From the NCBI GenBank assembly GCA_021432655.1, contig MU271368.1:24929-81016 (forward strand): DNA of 56,088 nucleotides, written 5' to 3'. Under the pieces are notes generated by a model that was not told the DNA's origin, did no database searches, and saw only the letters and a program-made list of their open reading frames with translations. Positions 50,299-56,088 of this stretch are shown here, piece by piece. A program made the translations under genes and the position numbers. The first letter of the stretch is position 1. Each line of letters begins with the position of its first letter. This DNA comes from Atractiella rhizophila. Taxonomy: Eukaryota.

Positions 50299-51890
50299 AT
50301 GTTGCCTTCTGACGGGATGATAGATGACCTCAAAGCTATGGTTATTGACGACCGCTGTCTCACTAACCTCAATGTACTCAGCACGTTCCTCATAGATGGA
50401 GTACTGCCTCTCTTCCATGCCGATTCCCACACAAACGACAGTGATACACTTGCCCAAACGACTACGAAACGCCTTCTAGCAGCCATCACGTGTGCAGAAT
50501 GTGATGTCAAGCTTCCAGTCACTACTGACGACGAAGAGTACACCTCTGAGGACCTGCGAAACAACGCTCGAGGGGATCCACTTGGCCACAACAGCCTTGG
50601 GGAGGAGACCCTGCTTGGCTTGAGGAGATGGGAGAATGTGGGTTCGCAGGAGGCGAATGGAGAGCTGCTGTAAGCTGTGTTAAAAGGTGCAAAGATCGCA
50701 CAGCGGTTGTGTCAGCGATGGAAGGAAGGACATCCTGATTCGACGGAGGCAGCACGTTTACTTCTGAGCGTTGGCTGCATTGGGAGATTGGCGGAGAGTA
50801 TGGTTGAAGCTTGGCTGGATGGAGGTGGGAGCAATGCTGTGACCGTGAAGTCCTTTCTTACTCTTGCAAGATGCTGTTTAAGCTGATTTAGTACAAGGAT
50901 GCACAATCAGCCAAAGAACTCAAGGCACCATGGTGCCGGCTGAATATTCGAAAGCACTCCAAGATAAGATGCAGCTTCAAGATCGCCTTGCAGATTCGAT
51001 CGAGATCGCAAAAGAGAAGGCTTCCAAAGTCGAACAACGTCAGACTTATCATCCCCCTCCGCACCAGTGGTCTCCCTTCTCCTCCCCACATAACTATGGT
51101 TCTGCTCCTCCCATTTGTGCCAGTCAGGTTCCCCTCCTGCTGAGCATGGACTCAGTCCCGCTCCTCCTCCACATTGCGATGACGATGCTCCTGCACCTGT
51201 AGGTGACACCAATCCCATTCATCCCGTTCTGGGGAGGCAGGCAGCACTACCAATCCTTCCCTGCCTCATCTGGATAGTGGTGGTCTCTTCCCTTTCCACA
51301 TCCACCCTGCACCGCTGAAGCTGGGACAGGGGCAAGTGAATGAAGGCACTGTGGGCAAGAAGAAGAGAGGGACGGCAAAGAAGATCGCTGAGGATACCGG
51401 TGGGCCATCTCCGGATGAAGTTGTGAAGGTGCGTGAGGACGTAGAGAAACTGCGGCCGCTGCTGGACAAGCCGGATTCCATGGCACAACTGGTTGAGGCA
51501 AAAAAAATGGCGAAGGACAGTAGCTGGAACGCGGATCATTAGAAAAAGATGTTTCAACATCAGGTAAGCGTTGACTTTCTCCTGGCTAAGTCCTTACGGC
51601 AGTTTAGGAGTATAACAAAGAAGTCATGATTATGAAATTCAATTCCATCGATAGAAGAATAATGGAACTTCTCAGGCTGCTCAAGTAGGACCAGGACAAA
51701 GAGAGTGCTGGTAACAATGCAAGCGGAAGCGGTGGCAGTAGTGGTGTAGATTCTGCGGGGAGGGCAGAGAGGCGACTGCTACGACGACGACGATAACAAG
51801 GAGGGATCGAGGAGGATAAAGTCGTTGAGTGGAGTGGAATGGGAAGGGCTGGAGGCGGATTAGGGTGAACAGGGGCATGTTGAACGGATG
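50299..51890 (+). CDS. Hypothetical multi-exon or degenerate gene inside the CACTA element
   Basis: Successive + strand ORFs (50293-50673, 50677-50886, 50930-51202, 51336-51542) with GTAAG donors and some stops. Confidence 0.35.
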
Positions 51891-51959
51891 GCATTGGGAA
51901 TGTAATTTGAGGATAGGGGAACGTAATGCGATTATCCATTTCAAGAGACAAATCTAACA

Positions 51960-52242
51960 AACCTAGGGAGTGACTGAGACGCGACTAGAACAGCACTAGA
52001 CGTGGACTGGCGAAAGCACTGATTCTCGGCACTGAGGCAACACTGACAAGGCACACGATGGGCACTAAAAGCCCCAGAAATCATTTTCAAAGAAAAGCAC
52101 CCACTAGGCACTAAAAGCACCAAAGGTGCACTGCTGCGGAGCCAAATTTCGGCCCTAAAACTGCTCTCAGCATGCACTGTTTTAGCTGGTAGTGCCTTGA
52201 GTGACTAGGTCGGCACTAAGCCAGCCCTGCAAGGTTCCAGGG
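51960..52242. repeat. CACTA right terminus with GCACT subterminal repeats
   Basis: Dense GCACT motifs ending in CAGGG. Its reverse complement CCCTG fits the CMCWR terminus of CMC-superfamily elements. Confidence 0.6.
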
Positions 52243-54030
52243 AATCACGTTTAGTGTGCTTCAGCTTGTGTTCACTTTTGCTCATGTTTCTTTATTATTC
52301 AGCATTCCCTTATTACAATTGCCCTGTCAGTGCGAGACCCGTGTTTTTATTTAGTCTTGCAACTCATAGTCGTCTTTCGCAGTGCTCCCCAAAGTTCCTG
52401 ATTCCTCTTGGCTCGAAATTGAATCGTTCACACTCCTGATCGCACACTGTTCGCTCCATGAGGCGACAGGATTGCAAGTTATCATTGGCTATGCCTCGTC
52501 GGGTTATATGAGGTGAGGTGCTGGTCGATCTCATGGGTTGATAGAAATATTGGAGACAAAAGGATGGCAGGCGTCAAGAATAACACTTTGATGTATGCTG
52601 TTGCTTCGTCACCCTTTGTCAATAAAAAGCATATCCAAAGATCAAACATGACCAGGAAGGACAAAGAGTTCGTCAGCACATTCCTGAGAAGAGTTGAACG
52701 CACCACGATTTCCGATCGAGTCTCTTTTCAAAGCAACCGCCAACCTAACCGCTACGTCGTGCCGCCCAGTTCTCCTAACCCTCTAGTCGCTCATCTTCCT
52801 GCACATAACCTCTAACGATTGGTGCCCCATGACCCATCCTTCAAGGGAAAAGAGTGGCGCATTGACCGTGGACTTGACAGGCAAGTAGCAAATTGATTTC
52901 ACTGATCGACGCGCAACGTTGGAACTCTGATGGCGGTGACTTAGAACTAGAGGAGTTGTCCACATGGACTCTGAAATAGAAACAACTTGAGCTCTGCTAC
53001 CAGAGAGGGCGGCGCTGCATGCGAGGGTACCACACACTCTTCCTCCTATCACGACGGCTAGTGCGGCTTTGAGGACAGAAGAGTATCAGTTGCCGCGGTA
53101 CGACAATGGAGTGAATGCAATAAGGTCCATTACGCTCGAAAAGACCCCGCTAGCTTTGTCTGTGGTGCAGGCAGGGTAGAAAGGCAGCCGACATGTCGAT
53201 TGAGTGCCTGTGTGGATTGCTTGCAAAGGAAGAGCAGAAGCGGGAGCACCATTATCTTCTTCTTCAGCACAGGCGAGGTTTGATGGCGGATGAATTGTAG
53301 AGGAGCTTGATGGAAAAGAAGGCGTCTGTATCTAAATCGCCTGTGTTCCTCCAGCAAGGTACCTCCTCAATTTGAGCTGTATTTGATCCATCAACGTCTA
53401 GTCTGCACAGGCCTCCACGCTTTCCGTTGACCGATTTGAGGTCATGGGGTTTCTCGTCGCAGTTATTGAGCAGTCCTGAAAGACTGGACGTGGTGTTTCT
53501 GGGGTAGTGTAAAGCTGCATGATGATCAAATTTGCCAGCGGGACGTCGTAGCAGTAGTTCGTTCAATCTAGGCACAATTCATACTTCAGTGGTGGCTGCC
53601 AGAACTGATATCACACGGCCATTCGACTTCCTGTGAATTTGAACTTGCTCGACTACTGTTCCAGGCCACCCACAATAGCGAGTATGAAAATAATATGAAA
53701 ATCGATGGGGACGTTTGCTGTAGATCCCCATTCTAAATTGTCAAGGATGGACAGGAAGATTGCCACCGATTCCATCTAAATCGAGCATTAGTGGACTGAC
53801 TGGCACTGCCTCAACGTTGGCTGAAATATATCCACAGGTTGCGGAGCGTGCTCTGTGGTAAGCATTTTTCATCATCTGAGTCGCGAACGTCAAAACGATC
53901 TCTACAGAGTTGTGGTCGGTGCTGCTCTTGCGTTACCTGCCAATGCGCCCGAACTTGTTAAGAAATCTCGTGCAATCCTTCTTTCTAAATTCGAGATTTA
54001 GCGTGTCTTGTGTTCTTTCATTGGAATCTT

Positions 54031-55818
54031 TTAATGTAGAACGATAGCTAGGTTTCTTGCACTACCGCTTTCCTCCTGATCAAACAGATTCCACAATTCC
54101 AGCCTAAGCTCCTTGCCCGTATTTTCGTCTACAGCCAGTCGCTCTTGCAACAACAAAGCAAGCCCAGTGAATCTCTCCAACACAATATAGCTCTCCAACA
54201 CCGGTCCGAGAAGACATCTGAGTGTCCAAAAGAACATGAACGTCTACTTGAGGTTCAAGTGGTGCAACGTCATTCTCGTTGAGATGCATCTTCTTCAACG
54301 CTTTTGAGCGAAAGGTCTCGTACGAAAGAAAACAAGAGTCCGCCAGTCTACCCACCCTGTTCTCAGAAGGAGAAGGACCTTGAGATGTGTTGAGCTCTAC
54401 TTGAAGACGTGCTCGATAGACAAGTTTGCGCATGGATAGTTTGGCGGCTTCCCAGGATGGGAGATTGAGTGGCGAGAACAAAGTGGTTGTGAGTGAAAGT
54501 AGGAGAAATGTTAGATGGATGGAATGGGAAGTCTTGAACAAGACATATGAGACTATTCTACAACAGATTTGTCCGAGAGACACGCACTGGCAGAGGAAGT
54601 AAGATTGTAGCAACACCCAATCGCGATCAAGACATCTTGACGTTCTGCACTCCCCAAGCTAACGAAAGCACGCAACGTGTCGACAGTAAGATCTCCACAG
54701 GCATGCAAAGCACAAACGAGCCTCGCTCATCCTTATCCGCACGTCTTTCTTGCAGAATTTTTGTGACTCCGTTCTCATCCAACAGTTCCGTTTTCAACGT
54801 CAACATCCCTCTCTTATGTTCCTCTTCCTTTTTCTTATATTTCAGACGGGTTGAAACTAACTTCTCTGCTCCAGTGACTTGAGAGGAGCTGCCCTCGATC
54901 GCACAGACATCAAGAAGCAGTGGCTCTCCGGTCACAACAACAGAGAGATGTGCTCGTCCGGATCCAATATCAATCGCGTTCTCAATTTGTGGTTTATGGC
55001 AGAGGAGCGTTTGGGCAAGTGCGATGAAGCGATCGACCTCAATTGCGCTTTCTTCGGAGACATGCCATGAGGCAATCCGCTAGAGAACACTTTGGACGTG
55101 CTGGAGATGGAGTGCGAAGATGAAGCCGCTCCAATCGCTTTGCCATCGATTTCCCAGCTGAGAAGGGGTTTGCCACTTGGCTTCCGAGGAAGGGAGAATT
55201 CACGACAAGGGTCCGTGAATGCTTTCAGAGAAGCGGGAGCGTCTGGCTAAGCGGCATTTCAGCCAGGTACACCCTGATGCAGAAATTAGATTGCAGAAAT
55301 TTGTACAACGTATGTAACAAGATATGAAAGGAATCTCCGGGAGCAGGGAAAGCCAACTCATACATGCCCACTGACGTTGCAGGGTTGGGACAAAGCCACC
55401 GTGTTGAATTTTGGTCTAAGCCATTTAATAGCGAGTAGGAGTATGTCCAAGACGGTGCTCTGCCATTGATAAATAGACCCAAGATATCATCAAAAGCATT
55501 CAAGTTTACAGGGATGTCCAATGAAGTGCGACTTGTCTCAATTTCTTCTCAAGAGAGGAAACACACCGTCACCTACCCCGACTCAGATTGTTCAATGCGG
55601 ATTCCACAACACTACCTCCCAAACTTCCGTCGTACCATCCCTCCCATTCGCTTGGGACCATTTCTCCTGCCCTGTTCACATCAAAGGTAGTTGGATTGAT
55701 AGGGGACTGTCTAAAGAAAGAATTGCTGGATGAGGTGCAGAGCCGAGTGATGGTGGAATCGTGAAGGAAACTCGAGGTTTCTGCAAGTGAAAGGCAGCGG
55801 TGGGAGCACTTTCGACAT
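54031..55818 (-). pseudogene. METTL25/RRNAD1-like methyltransferase, copy 5 (full length, frameshifted)
   Basis: Colinear with copy 4. Indels near 55040, 54720, 54458 (23-nt deletion) and 54240. Confidence 0.88.
55320..55480 (-). ncRNA. Candidate intronic structured RNA, copy 5
   Basis: Same block with AGACCA hinge and ATA at the ACA position. Confidence 0.35.
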
Positions 55819-55869
55819 TCTTTCGTCGATGTCAAATTGAAACTCGGACAAGTGTCGGTGCCTGCTTCA

Positions 55870-56088
55870 GGTTTGAGTCATGCCCTCCGCCCCCAATACC
55901 TGGCTTCGCTCCTTTTAAATTTCCTCCGTTGCAACTCGGCGAGACGTTGCGGCATCGACCACTGTATCCGCTCACAACGCAACGTATCCAAACATCAAAA
56001 CACTCCTTCCTCCGACAAACGCTCTTGCCTGCGCCTCCAACCCGTGCACTCAGACTATCAACCACCATCGTTCCCGTCACCACTCCAT
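55870..56088 (-). pseudogene. Gene Y fragment running off the window
   Basis: Homologous to 1770-1975 and 5890-6115. Confidence 0.4.

Noticed and set aside
36788..52249. GGGAATCACG at 36788 and 52240 as a TSD of one giant element
   Set aside because: The left copy lies inside the LTR-like repeat, the right overlaps the CACTA terminus, and no matching termini lie between them.
52225..52256. Helitron 3' end (hairpin then TTAG-T)
   Set aside because: No CTRR, no Rep/helicase. The CCCTG terminus and Tnp2 gene explain it better.

Overview
Eukaryotic, intron-containing DNA, most consistent with a basidiomycete fungus (mostly ~45-55 nt GT-AG introns, Plavaka and DUF6532-like genes). The window is a repeat-rich tandem segmental array. 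Its repeating unit is: degenerate gene X, a METTL25/RRNAD1-like SAM methyltransferase (5 copies, only 25312-27136 intact), degenerate gene Y, and a patatin/NB-ARC/TPR NLR-like receptor (three NB-ARC-bearing copies plus a duplicated 3' end, all disrupted, with 3, 6 and 14 near-identical 120-bp TPR units). Units are separated by large DNA-transposon blocks upstream of the NLRs. The first is a complete 8.5-kb Plavaka element (13042-21539; TIRs, 2-bp TSD, divergent RRM+DUF6532-like gene). The second is a ~15.5-kb block with a gag-like relic and a decayed CACTA/Tnp2 element, into which a hAT element (43747-48096; 8-bp TSD) has inserted. Most notable observations: co-duplication of the methyltransferase with the NLR (possible guard/decoy locus), a conserved two-hairpin H/ACA-like element in the unusually long first intron of every methyltransferase copy, and a patatin domain lacking the canonical catalytic DGG motif. 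All family calls come from motif recognition by eye; no database searches were run.
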